NCBI GenBank assembly: GCA_002269645.1
Contig: NIVC01001953.1
Location: 154,838 to 218,837, forward strand
DNA length: 64,000 nt
Source: Macrostomum lignano
Lineage: Eukaryota
Direction of reading: 5' to 3'
Below are positions 1 to 13,090 of this stretch, piece after piece. The translations under genes and the position numbers were made by a program. The notes below the pieces were generated by a model. It was not told the origin of the DNA, ran no database searches, and saw nothing but the letters and a program-made list of their open reading frames with translations. How positions within the stretch are numbered: the first letter of the stretch is position 1; the number at the start of each line of letters is the position of its first letter.

Positions 1-330
1 AGAGAGGAGAGGTATAGAGAGGAGAGGTGAGAAGAGGAAATATGAGGAGAAGAGGAGAGATGAGAAGAGGAAAGATGAGGAGAAGAGGAGAGATAAGAGG
101 AAAGATGAGGAGAAGATTAGAGATGAGGAGAAGAGGATATGAGGAGAGGAGAGGAGAGGAGAGGATGTGAGGAGAGCAGAGGATATGAGGAGAGCAGAGG
201 ATGTGAGGAGAGCAGAGGATATGAGGAGAGCAGAGGATATGAGGAGAGCAGAGGATATGAGGAGAGCAGAGGATATGAGGAGAGCAGAGGATATGAGGAG
301 AGGATAGGGGGAGGCGGAGAGGAGAAGAGA
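1..330. repeat. GA-rich minisatellite, core 18-bp unit GAGGATATGAGGAGAGCA (Rab3 intron 2)
   Basis: Direct tandem repetition visible at 165-300. Confidence 0.9.
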
Positions 331-620
331 TTGGATAAAACAATCAAAAAAACAAAAAGGCACTTGAAAAAAAATTATTGGTACAAGTGGTACAAGGGCG
401 CCACTACAATCCCCCCTAGTCCAATTTCCGCGCACACAAGCCCCAAATGAATGTGGCTGCACACATCAAACCAAGGGATCGTGTCGCGAAAGTTAGACGC
501 GTTTTCAGAGAGTCAGTGCACTCAGTAATGATGTCCTCTTTTAACCTGTTACTATGACCACAACAAATCGAGTTATTTATAGCCATCGTACGCAACATCT
601 TACAGTCACTTTAAACTTAC

Positions 621-2088
621 CAGTCTTGTACAGCATTGAACGATTCCTCATTGGTGACATCGTACATCAGAATGAAGCCCATTGCGCCACGGTAATAGGC
701 GGTGGTGATTGTGCGGTAGCGCTCCTGGCCGGCGGTGTCCTTTGTTTGAAAAGTATAAAAATGCAGAAATAGAATAACAGAATTCAGCAGTAAGTCTGTC
801 ATAACAAAATGAATTGAGAGCTGAGAGTTTACAAAAATCGTAGAGACAAAAAACATTTAAAGACATTTAAATACAGGAAGCAGTAGATACTCAGTCAATG
901 ATTGATTAATAACGTCAGTTAATATAATGTAAAGAACTGATATAGAAAGGAGGGGAAGCATGAGAAGAGAGAAAAAAGAAAAGGGAGTGTAGAGATGAGA
1001 AAGGGGAGAGAAGAGTAGAAAATATAGGGGAGAGTGAAGAAGATAAGATAAGAGGAGAGGAGAGGAGAGGAGAGAGGAGAGGATATGAGAGGAGAGGGGA
1101 GAAGAGAATATGCGAGAAGAGGGGAGGAAAGGAGAGGAGAGGATATGAGAGGAGAGGGGAGGAAAGGAGAGGAGAGGATATGCGAGAAGAGGGGAGGAAA
1201 GGAGAGGAGAGGATATGAGAGGAGAGGAGAGGATATGAGAGGAGAAGGGGAGGAGAGGATATGCGAGAAGAGGGGAGGAAAGGAGAGGAGAGGATATGAG
1301 AGGAGAGGGGAGGAAAGGAGAGGAGAAGAGAGGAGAGGATATGAGAGGAGAAGGGGAGGAGAGGATATGCGAGAAGAGGGGAGGAAAGGAGAGGAGATGA
1401 TATGAGAGGTGAAGGGAGGAAAGGAGAGGAGAGGGGAGGAGAGGATAAGAGGAGAAAATATGAGACGAGAGCATAGGGGAGGCGGAGGGTAGAAGAAGTC
1501 GGTAAAAATAATCAAGAAGCTAAAAAAGCACTTTGAAAAAATATTCACTCCAGTGGAAGTGGATCAGAACATCGATGTCCAACTTACATAAGAACATTAT
1601 CAAGTACTGTTAAAACTGACAGGTAGTGTAAACACCTTAATTACAGGCTGTGCCAATATTATAGGCCTAGGAGGTACAGATTGGAACAAGGGACAGCAGT
1701 CGCAGGCAAAAGAGGGTAAAAGAGAGCAGTCGAGCTTGCTGCAGAGTCAGCTCAAAGCGACCCCGGGTAATACGATACCCAGGGGGAGCGGGAGCGAGAA
1801 AAGGCACCGGGCTCAGTAATGGGACGGGAAATGTGGGAAAATGAGGGTTGTGTGCACTGAGAGAGGAAAATGGGGAGCAGGGGGGCACAGCATTTATCCT
1901 CCTGCACACGTAGCTTTAGCAAAGGGTGCGGGAGGATTCCCAGGATTGTCGGCGAGTGATGAGGCCGGGGAAGCTGGACAAAAAAGAGAGATGTGGAGCG
2001 GACCATCCTCAAATAGCTGCGGGCAGGCTAGATGCGCCTGGAAATTGGGAAATAAGCCCAATGCTGGAAAAGAAAAGGGAAAGGGATA

Positions 2089-2138
<50 letters not shown>

Positions 2139-4350
2139 CCTCCCGCTCCTACTGATTGGGAATTAGTCCGGGCCACAGACTCACACATATTATGCTCGCG
2201 GAGAGCCTGAATATGGGTAGCTCAGCTGTCGCTAATTACCATACCATTCCAAACTATGCCATTCTAACCCATACCATTCCAAACTATGCCATTCTAACCC
2301 ATACCATTCCAAACTATGCCATTCTAACCCATACCATTCCAAACTATGCCATTCTAACCCATACCATTCCAAACTATGCCATTCTAACCCATACCATACC
2401 ATTCCAAACTATGCCATTCTAACCCATACCATACCATTCCAAACTATGCCATACTAACCCATACCATACCATACCAGGGCCACTCTCCCAATTCCCTTCA
2501 AAGTGACAGCTGACACACAAGGCACACAAAAATGGTATTAGAGAAGGTACAACGAACCTTTTTTGGACTTACCGTTATACTCCAATAGCCTATTGTCTCC
2601 CCCTATTTCTCTCCCCTACCCTCTCTGCGGATCTCGCACAGCAGCTGTGATCGGCACATGGTCTTGACCACGCATGGCGAGAGCACTCAGCCAACACACC
2701 CACCTCCACGTCGGCCGAATGCTGCTCTGTTTGCTGCATAACTACTCTAGTAACCCTACTGACAGTGGAAAGCATGGCGTTAACAGTTGCTGTGCACTTT
2801 ATCTCTTTCTCTCTCTCCCCCTCTCAGTCAAAAAAAGGAATTCGCTTTGCTCAGCACAAGGTGGGGGAGGAGTGGAGAACAAAAATGCGCGGAAGAGAGA
2901 AAGCAAAACTTCTGGGTTAGGGAAAAGTTTGGGAAAAAAATTGAGGAAATTAATCGGCGAGTAAAATGACGCGGAGAAAAGAATTTGCACTTATCCGTTT
3001 TCAAGCACATTTAAAACAGCATTCTGATCCCAGGATTCAAAATCCTGACATTGGATACAAAATCCTGACATGGGATTCAAAATCCTGACATTGGATACAA
3101 AATTCTGACATGGGATTCAAAATCCTGATCCCCGGATTCAAAATCCTGACATGGGATCCAAAACCCTGACATGGGATATTCAAAACCCTGACATGGGACT
3201 CAAAACTCTGACATGGGATTTAAAATCCTGACATGGGATATTCAAAATCCTGACAAGGGATTCAAAACCCTGACATGGGATTCAAAATCCTGACATGGGA
3301 TTCAAAATCCTGACATGGGATTCAAAACCCTGACATGGGATTCAAAACCCTGACATGGGATTCAAAATCCTGACATGGGATATTCAAAATCCTGACATGG
3401 GATATTCAAAATCCTGACATGGGATATTCAAAATCCTGACATGGGATTCAAAACCCTGACATGGGATATCCAAAACCCTGGCATGGAATATCCAAAACCC
3501 TGACATGGGATCCAAAACCCTGACATGGGATATTCAAAATCCTGACATGGGATATCCAAAACCCTGACATGGGATTCAAAATCCTGACATGGGATCGATC
3601 CAAAACCCTGACATGGGATCCAAAATCCTGACATGGGATATTCAAAATCCTGACATGGGATCGAAAACCCTGATATGGGATATTCAAAATCCTGACATGG
3701 GATATTCAAAATCCTGACATGGGATCCAAAACCCTGATATGGGATATTCAAAATCCTGACATGGGATATTCAAAATCCTGACAAGGGATTCAAAACCCTG
3801 ACATGGGATTCAAAATCCTGACATGGGATATTCGAAATCCTGACATGGGAGATTCAAAATCCTGACATGGGATTCAAAACCCTGACATGGGATATCCAAA
3901 ACCCTGGCATGGAATATCCAAAACCCTGACATGGGATCCAAAACCCTGACATGGGATATTCAAAATCCTGACATGGGATCCAAAACCCTGACATGGGATC
4001 CAAAACCCTGACATGGGATATTCAAAATCCTGACATGGGATATCCAAAACCCTGACATGGGATTTAAAATCCTGACATGGGATCGATCCAAAACCCTGAC
4101 ATGGATTTTGATGACAGTTTCCCAACAGTCCCCGATCCGCACTCACCCAGATCTGCAGTTTGACGCGCTTATCCTGTCTGAAAACGGTCTTCACTTTGAA
4201 GTCGATACCAACAGTGGACACGAAGGCGGATGTGAAGGAGTCGTCAGCATACCGGAACAGGAAGGAGGTCTTGCCAACAGATGAGTTGCCAATAATTAAC
4301 AGTTTGAACATGTAGTCAAAGTTCTGATCGGCTGCATCGCGACTGCCCAT
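621..4350 (-). CDS. Rab3: Rab3 small GTPase, 5' part (coding exons 4350-4147 and 739-621; remaining exons lie beyond the left edge)
   Basis: Exon 1 [68 protein letters not shown] ends at a GTGAGT donor. Exon 2 follows an AG acceptor and reads [40 protein letters not shown], then a GTAAGT donor. Near-identical to the Rab3 G1-G3 region. A TTTCAG acceptor near 4453 precedes the ATG-bearing exon. Confidence 0.95.
960..1490. repeat. GA-rich degenerate tandem repeat (Rab3 intron 1)
   Basis: Repeated GGATATG(C/A)GAGA..GGGGAGGAAAGGAGAGG units. Confidence 0.85.
2239..2474. repeat. 30-bp minisatellite CCATACCATTCCAAACTATGCCATTCTAAC; (GA)n microsatellite nearby at 2092-2136
   Basis: About 7 tandem copies. 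Confidence 0.95.
3033..4105. repeat. 20/22-bp minisatellite (TA)TTCAAAATCCTGACATGGGA in Rab3 intron 1
   Basis: About 50 tandem copies, ending about 40 nt from the donor site at 4146. Confidence 0.95.
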
Positions 4351-4556
4351 CTTTATTAATTGTTTGCTTGCTTTAAATCGCTAGCCCGAGTTTATTAACT
4401 AATTAAGCAGGTAGGCAAGTTTTAATTGCAGCGCGGTATTACCAGTGCCACTCTGAAATTGACAGGGAGTAAAGATATATGCGCTGGCAAAACGCATTTT
4501 ACATCTTAGTCACATTAGTTATAGTGATCATGATTACTGAAGTGTGTGACAAAAAG

Positions 4557-5830
4557 TCTGAGAACTGGGATGACAGCTGGTAGCACAGTCTGAGAACTGG
4601 GATGACAACTGGTAGCACAGTCTGAGAACTGGGATGACAACTGGTTGCACAGTCTGAGAACTGGGATAACAACTGGTTGCACAGTCTGAGAACTGGGATG
4701 ACAACTGGTAGCACAGCCTGAGAACTGGGATGACAACTGGTAGCACAGCCTGAGAACTGGGATAACAACTGGTTGCACAGCCTGAGAACTGGGATGACAA
4801 CTGGTAGCACAGCCTGAGAACTGGGATGACAACTGGTAGCACAGTCTGAGAACTGGGATGACAACTGGTAGCACAGCCTGAGAACTGGGATGACAGCTGG
4901 TAGCACAGCCTGAGAACTGGGATGACAGCTGGCAGCACTGGGAAAACTCAAGAGCTGACAGCACAGTCTGAGAACTGGGATGACAACTGGTAGCACAGCC
5001 TGAGAACTGGGACAACTCGAGAGCTGACAGCACAGCCTGAGAACTGGGAAAACTCGAGAGCTGACAGCACAGCCTGAGAACTGGGAAAACTCGAGAGCTG
5101 ACAGCACAGCCTGAGAACTGGGAAAACTCGAGAGCTGACAGCACAGCCTGAGAACTGGGAAAACTCAAGAGCTGACAGCACAGTCTGAGAACTGGGATGA
5201 CAACTGGTAGCACAGCCTGAGAACTGGGAAAACTCGAGAGCTGACAGCACAGCCTGAGAACTGGGAAAACTCAAGAGCTGACAGCACAGTCTGAGAACTG
5301 GGATGACAACTGGTAGCATAGCCTGAGAACTGGGAAAACTCGAGAGCTGACAGCACAGCCTGAGAACTGGGAAAACTCAAGAGCTGACAGCACAGTCTGA
5401 GAACTGGGATGACAACTGGTAGCACAGCCTGAGAACTGGGAAAACTCGAGAGCTGACAGCACCACCTGAGAACTGGGAAAACTCGAGAGCTGACAGCACA
5501 ACCTGAGAACTGGGAAAACTCGAGAGCTGACAGCACAACCTGAGAACTGGGACAACTCGAGAGCTGACAGCACAACCTGAGAACTGGGACAACTCGAGAG
5601 CTGACAACACAACCTGAGAACTGGGAAAACTCGAGAGCTGACAGCACCACCTGAGAACTGGGAAAACTCGAGAGCTGACAGCACCACCTGAGAACTGGGA
5701 AAACTCGAGAGCTGACAGCACAACCTGAGAACTGGGACAACTCGAGAGCTGACAGCACAGCCTGAGAACTGGGAAAACTCAAGAGCTGCATGACAGCACC
5801 ACCTGAGAACTGGGAAAACTCGAGAGCTGA
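4557..5830. repeat. Minisatellite with 32-bp units (CTGAGAACTGGGATGACAACTGGTAGCACAGT) turning over to 37-bp units (CTGAGAACTGGGAAAACTCGAGAGCTGACAGCACAGC)
   Basis: Shared CTGAGAACTGGGA core; the two unit types interleave at 4930-5420. Confidence 0.95.
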
Positions 5831-7283
5831 CAACCCAGCAACCCATACTTAAAAGCCAGAAAGACTGCAGTAATAAAAGCCTTAGTCAAAAGACATTCTC
5901 TTTTATTAGAAGCGATGCAACGCACAGACGGCATATTAGATCGATTCGGTGGCAGCGAGAAAAGTAAAAGCCGAAAGCGAGCAGTTCCTCAAGTCTCTCC
6001 CTCTTTTGAGTCTGACTCTGCACTCCGCTATCTCAAAAGTGAACCTCAATCAAGCCGATTCAACTTCTATCCCGAGACCCAACCCTGCGAGAAAGAAATT
6101 GCGGCCTAGGGAATTAAGCTAAAAGTTGGAGGAAGAAGGAGTAAAAATTCATCAAAAGAAGTGGATTGAAACTCCAACTAGGCGAACAGCGAGCTTACCA
6201 AAATTTGATCTTCTTCTTCTGCAGTTAAGAAAGTTGCTTACCAAAACAAGTGAATAGTTTAATATAAATAACTATGACACGCAAAACTATTATTGTATTC
6301 CGAATACTGGGGGGTCAGAGAGAGAGAGAAAGGTTACAAACAAGAGAAAATAAATTTTAGAGCAAACAGAGGAGGAAGGGAAGTCTAAAAACTGACATTT
6401 TTATAAACAGCTACGATCGGCATTGGGAGAGAGAAGGCTGGGAGGGGGGAGACAGACCAGGATCGATAAACTGCATAAGGCAGGCTTGGCTCATGCTATA
6501 GCGATTCCTTTCCCTCTCCCGTCCTCACAGCCCGTGGGGCGTTTGGGGGGGATTAGTTGACGAGAACTTGGCTGCGGGAGGGAGGGAGGCGGGTAGGCTA
6601 GAGGGGCAGGGGTTGAGCTGCCTTTTTGGGGAGGTGGGGCGAGAGGAGAGAACTAGGGAGAGTAAGACCGGGAGCGGGGGGCTGTATGCCTAGGATGGCT
6701 GGCCCTCTCTCTCTCTGCAAGGGCAAGTTTGGTACAGCCCAAGCGCGTACAAGGACGGCAGCCCTAAGGGATGGCTGCAGCAGGCTGGAGGGGAGCTGGG
6801 AGGACTGGCCAAGGAGGGCTGCAAAGCCATCGAGAGAGAGAGAGAGGCTCTGCTTTCATGAATTTGACGGATTATCGCTGCGCGATTTTCTTCTTTATTC
6901 ATTCTTTTCTCTCCCGCCCCCGTGGCTTTTGCTTTCTTTTTAATCTACAGAAAACTGGGGATTTTCTAAGCCGCTCCCCCTTCCATTGGGAGAATGAAGA
7001 GATGCCTCAGACAGACAGGAATCTATCGCATCCGGAATCAGGAGTAGATCAGATCACAACCAGTGTGTACAACCGCAGCTATAATCTTCCCCGATCGGGT
7101 AACCCTCCAGAGCAATAAAAACACGGCGAGCCTGTGCCATTTTGACGAGACATGCTTTTTGAGCGCTATAATAGGAATTTGTATTGAGTCACTATGATGT
7201 ACCAACTATGGAATCTCGACAATTGACATATCTTGACATAAAAACTTTTTACTATTTCTATAAGCATCTGTCCATTGATACAT

Positions 7284-7500
7284 ATTGCCATTTTGATATA
7301 AAATTCGTGCCATTCCAATATAAAATTCGTGCCATTCCGATATAAAATTCGTGCCATTCCGATATAAAATTCGTGCCATTTCGATATACAAGTCGTGCCA
7401 TTTTGATTTGAAAATCGTGCCATTTCAATATAAAATCCGTGCCATTTTGATATAAATTCATGCCATTTGTATGTAAAATTCGTGCCATTTTGATATAACA
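7284..7500. repeat. 22-bp minisatellite TATAAAATTCGTGCCATTCCGA
   Basis: About 9 imperfect copies. Confidence 0.85.
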
Positions 7501-8172
7501 GTTTGCCATATAACGATCCATAGTCACTAAGACAGACCAAACGCACTGGTTAAATACAAAAATGGTTCAACTATTGTCACTGAAAGCAAGTGCTGACGGA
7601 ACTGGGAGCAGAATTAGCAAAGGGGAGAAAGAGAAAATTAGGACAGCGCCAGACAGACACCTCAGACCGCACAAAAACACTAGAAGAGGACCGAAGCAAC
7701 CCCAGACCGTATTAGGGAATTTATGAAGTTTTTCTAGAAACGCCCACACAGGAAATTTGCAACGCACAGCCACTTGTTAAAACTGCTCGGCCACTGGATT
7801 GGAGCCTTTAGATTACCTATTGTTAGGAAGCCCAAACGAGTGTGGGCGGTGAATGACAACCGTTTACTGAGAAAAGATCATAACAAATGTGTTGATAAAA
7901 TCAACCCAGTCCATTTAATATCCTCCCCATTTTAAAATATAGCCAAGAAAAAACGCCATACAAATGTATTCCATTAGCAAATAAAAATGCATGTAGAGAA
8001 ACGAACTTTTATAGACATACTATGCTACTTACAGTAGAAATATAAAACTTCTGTAACCTAAATCAAAGCAATTAAACATTTTTGATGTAGAAAAATGTTA
8101 TCATATTATGCAAAAACTGTATTAAAGTACATTACATTTGAATCTTAATTGGATAGTCCTCAAAGTTCTGAA

Positions 8173-8310
8173 TCCTAGCTTATATCCTAAGTCCTAAGCT
8201 TATATCCCTAAGTCCTTAAGCTTGTATCCCTAAGTCCTAAGCTTATATCCCTAAGTCCTTAAGCTTGTATCCCTAAGTCCTAAGCTTATGTCATAAAGTC
8301 CTAAGCTCAT
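8173..8310. repeat. 21/22-bp minisatellite CCT(T)AAGCTTRTATCCCTAAGT
   Basis: About 6 copies. Confidence 0.85.
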
Positions 8311-9856
8311 ATCTTGATAAAAAACCATGGCTGCTAGTTCTGCCCTAGCCAGAGTAATATTGGCTATAACTAATTTTACAGATGTTGACAAGAATGGCAA
8401 GTCTAACTTCATACTTTGACTAGGCCTAGTACTCCAAATACAAGATTTCTATATCCTTTAAAGCGGGTTTTGACTATTTGATATAGATCATCATAAATTT
8501 TATTATGAGAGAAATCTGCACTCTGCTATTTGGGAGGCAACAAAGTTAGAAATAAAAATGTTTGAATGAATTAAATTTAGGCTATAGCAATCATTGTAGA
8601 TTGTAGATTGTAGATTTCTTAAAAAGAATGTTTAAAAAGCATCAACCCTAAGAGCAAGCTATTTAGTCTAAGATATCAGCATCATCTCTGAGCTTTGGCT
8701 CAAAGCATCTAAGCAACTCCTCATGAGCCATAGTATTTTAGAAATTCCCCCATGATCCTTGACATTATCTCTATGAGCCAAGGTATCTCAGTAATCCCCT
8801 ATAAGTCTTTATATCTCAACAATCTCCCATGAGCCATAGAACTTTAGCCTTAGCATCTTAGCAACTCTACCCATGAGCAAAAATATATACAATATTTCAA
8901 GAATAAAAATAGATAGCAATAGGCTAGATATTACTAATAATAAAAAACAAGCAAATACATTTATTTTAAAAACTACAAATATAATCTTATATATAGCCTT
9001 TTTATTTTATTCTAGTTAGATTCAAACATTTAGCAATATTAATCATTAAAAAATATAAACAGAATAGAAGCTGATACTATAAAAAAGTTAAATATTAAAT
9101 AAAGTTTTTTGAATATATACTAAGCATATATATACTTTTAAAATATATAATTTTTATTATATTTGAGACATTTAGTTTTTGAAAAGATACCTAGTAGAAT
9201 AGTATCAATACTCATAAAGAGTTTAAATTCATTTGAATGATCAATATCAAATGATTGAAAATTTAGCAAACCTGGGCCTGCTTAGTATCTTTTCTCTTAT
9301 ATAGTCTTTCTAGTCTTAGACTTTTCCCTCCCAATGCCAATCATAGCTGCTTATAAAAATTTCAATCTAAACTTCTTTTTTTCTCCTATTCCTCTTAGTG
9401 GTTTGCTTTATTTTTTCTCTTATTTATAACTTTTCTCCCTCTGACCCCTCATAGTTATTTATATCAATAATTTTATAATATTGACATTTCTGACTTGGTT
9501 TGGTAAGCAAATTTCTTAATTGCAGAAGAAGATTAAATTTTAGTAAGTTTATTATATGGCAATCAAAAAACTTTTTATTCTATTGATTTAAAGCTCTTGG
9601 CCTATTTGGAGTTTAGTATGTATTGGGGTTTTTTAATTCTTTTTCATAAGGTTTGAAACTTATATTCCATTTTTAAACATACTTAAAAAGTCTATAAATA
9701 GCAAAAGAAGCATAATAAGCAAAATTTTAATTGTCATATCAAATTTCACTACCTTAATACATTGTCATTTTGATATGTTATAATTTTTGCTCTAGCCCCT
9801 ATTCAATCATATCTGCTTAGTGGGCATGCTGATTTGCTGAGAGGTTGTTTCTTTTG

Positions 9857-9910
<54 letters not shown>

Positions 9911-12392
9911 TCTCTCTCTTTCACTTTTTGCCCCTCTACACTGCCTGGCCCCAGCTAGCATTGCCTTGCTCCACACCCCGCACCTAGCTTTCCAAACTAC
10001 TACATTTTAAACTAGCGATACTCAAGTGAGCTATAAAGATAGTCTCTTACTATGAGGACTCAATCAATTGTAAGCAAATAAAGTGTATAGCTATTAATGA
10101 TATTCAAACAAGCTTCACAGCTTCTGGCACTAGTAAGAACCCAAGTTCATCCATTTCTTTAGCTTTTCTGAGGCCTTGCCAATGACTGTACAATGCTCAT
10201 ACAATTCTCTATAGCTAGAGCATCATCACACCTGACTGTGACCACTGCAGTATAGCAGCATTGTATATTGCAAATTATTATTTTATTATTCTGGTTACTT
10301 TATATAGTGTGTACTACCTACAGTATCAAAACTAAAAGCACTTGAGAGTAATACCACATCTTGAGCCATAGCATGAACTCTGAGTGTCACAATACTAGAT
10401 AGAGCAACCTATTATTGCAGAGCATTGTCATACCTGCTTGTATCTATATAAGTACTAGACAGAGCTTCACTACACCTATTATATTACATATAACCTATTG
10501 TACTCAGGACTAGGCATTTAGACTGACCCAGGTTATAACAATATCATAGAATAGGTATAGACAAATTGATCTAACCTTGGAAAAATATTTTATAAATAGT
10601 ACCAATACTAAAATATAGATAAGAAAAGTATAACAAAGAAAAATAAAGTAAAAGCCTAGATTTCACATAAATATCAGTTAGAATATGATATACATGTTTA
10701 ACAATTTTGAGTATACAATAGTAAATTAACATTTAATTAGAGCCTAATAGGCTATTATATATAATTTTTTAATGTAGAAAATTATACTTCTGTTCATTTT
10801 TCTTCTAATAGGTCTAAAGACTTAGTAGAGTTTTCTTTTATATTTAATAAAAATTTATTTTGATAATAGATCATCTTGGTAATAACAATTTGGCAATGAA
10901 TCATTTATATATAAGGAAGGCCCCTCTCGTTTTATTCAACTATTTACATGCATTTCAAAACCGCGCTAAAAACTAAGAAACACTTTATTGTTAAAATGTA
11001 TATATTTTCGATAATACTTCGCGCAAATTAATTTTGTTATAAATTGTAAAAATTAATATAAATACAAGCGATTCAGTCGAGAGAAGAGCCAACTTGCGGC
11101 ATGCAGTTCAAGAAGTAAAGGTGCTAAGCAATAATCAGTGTTCCGACTAAATATGTTTGCAGTGTTTTCTGAGTTATTTATTTGAAGTAAGAGTGAAGTA
11201 GACGATAGTATATACAGTATATACTACTGAGAGGGAGAGAATTAAGTAGTAAGAAATACGAAGTAGATCTGAAGTGATACGTGTAAGAATAACCAGAGGC
11301 TGTGACCCTCTGATCTCAGAAACGCCCAGGACTAGAAAAGTACATGCAATACATATACCAGTAAGCCAATAGACCACTCAGGCCAGAATAATAATAAACG
11401 CTACCAGAACAATAGTAAACGCTACCGGAATAACATGAGAACGATAACAATTGTAAGGGCTAAATAATATTCTAAGAACAATATACTCAGATAAATACTC
11501 AGACTAAAATACTAATATATATACTCAGATCAATTCTAAGAAACATTTCTCAGATTATTCTAAGATTGATAAACTCATAATTTATTAATAGGATAATCCT
11601 GGTGGCAGCTACCAATATTTATAAAAACAGGAGTATAGCCCTTTGACAACTTTAGTGACAGCTGTGGAATCATTTGAAGAGACAGAAGAAACACAACTGC
11701 AACAACTTGGTGGCAAGATAAGGACTAGGCAGAGGCTCAGAATTAGGACTTTATAAGACAGAGCCAGGAGGCCTAGCATAGCTTGGTGGCATTAGGGGAA
11801 TAGCTAAAGAGGGAAGCAACACCCCAGTTACATATATACGAGTATGTAATTGCTAATTGACATACTGATCTAGCTACTATAAAATAAGGTAAAATAAGGG
11901 TAAATTGCAAAATTGAAGACAATCTTTAATATTTTTACTTTTAGACAAAATTTAGCAAAAATGATGAATTTTTTCTATTTTGTTTTAGGGTACTTCACAA
12001 AACTAAGTCACATTTTAATGAAAACTAAGTTATATATTTAATTTTTCTATAATAAATCATATATTTATTTGAAATCATTTTGAATGCATTTTGAAATCTG
12101 AAGTCATACTCAAAACAAACCTTTGTAACCTTGTTAATGGTTAAGGAGATAAAAAAACTTGGAATAAAATTTTAATTTAAGTCATCTGCTTTACTCTAAA
12201 GATATAATAAAGTGTGATAAAGCATATGCGGCAAGTAAACATATGCAGCACATAGAATACCTCTTGATATACTTGCATCTGGATACTCAATTGTATAGAA
12301 TATAGCATTATGTACATAGCATTAATTGCCCAATCTGTTAGATTTTATATTAAGTATATACAGTAGCATTTAGAATGTGCACTTATAAAGTC

Positions 12393-13090
12393 CAAGGACG
12401 ACTTAAGTAGAAGGACGGGAAACCTCGTTTCTTAGAAAAGTTTTGAAGGCACTTTTTCCCGAAAAAATACACTACGGAGATAGGAAGTTTTCATTTTTTC
12501 AGCACAAAAATTGTTATTGCGTTTGATAGGAGGCAGATCCAGTGTTCATCTTTTGATATGTTGTGCCTTTTTTATTGCTCTATCGATATTTGTAAAGCTT
12601 TTCGTTCAGAAAATTAGGATTCTATGTTAATTTTTTATTCTACGTATATTTTCGCGTGTCTTGTGCTTGAAATACATTAGAATGCCACGGCTCGGCTCTT
12701 TAGCTTCATGAGTCTTTTTTATCATTCTTACCCGACTGTGTAGCAAATATTTGTAACAGAGATGATAAAATAGGTTCATAAAACCAAATATTGGAGCTGT
12801 GTCATGCATTTTTGTGATTTTTAGGTACAGGAAATATACGTAGAATAAAAAATTAACATAGAATCCCAATTTTCTGAACGAAAAGCTTTACAAATATCGA
12901 TAGAGCAATAAAAAAGGCACAACATATCAAAAGATGAACACTGGATCCGCCTCCTATCAAACGCAATAACAATTTTTGTGCTGAAAAAATGAAAACTTCC
13001 TATCTCCGTAGTGTATTTTTTCGGGAAAAAGTGCCTTCAAAACTTTTCTAAGAAACGAGGTTTCCCGTCCTTCTACTTAAGTCGTCCTTG
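12393..13090. mobile_element. Non-autonomous foldback/MITE DNA transposon, hAT-type (8-bp TSD)
   Basis: Inverted arms of about 259 bp (12393-12651, 12832-13090; two mismatches seen) beginning CAAGGACGAC, a 180-bp spacer and a perfect direct repeat ATAAAGTC at 12385-12392 and 13091-13098. Confidence 0.9.
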
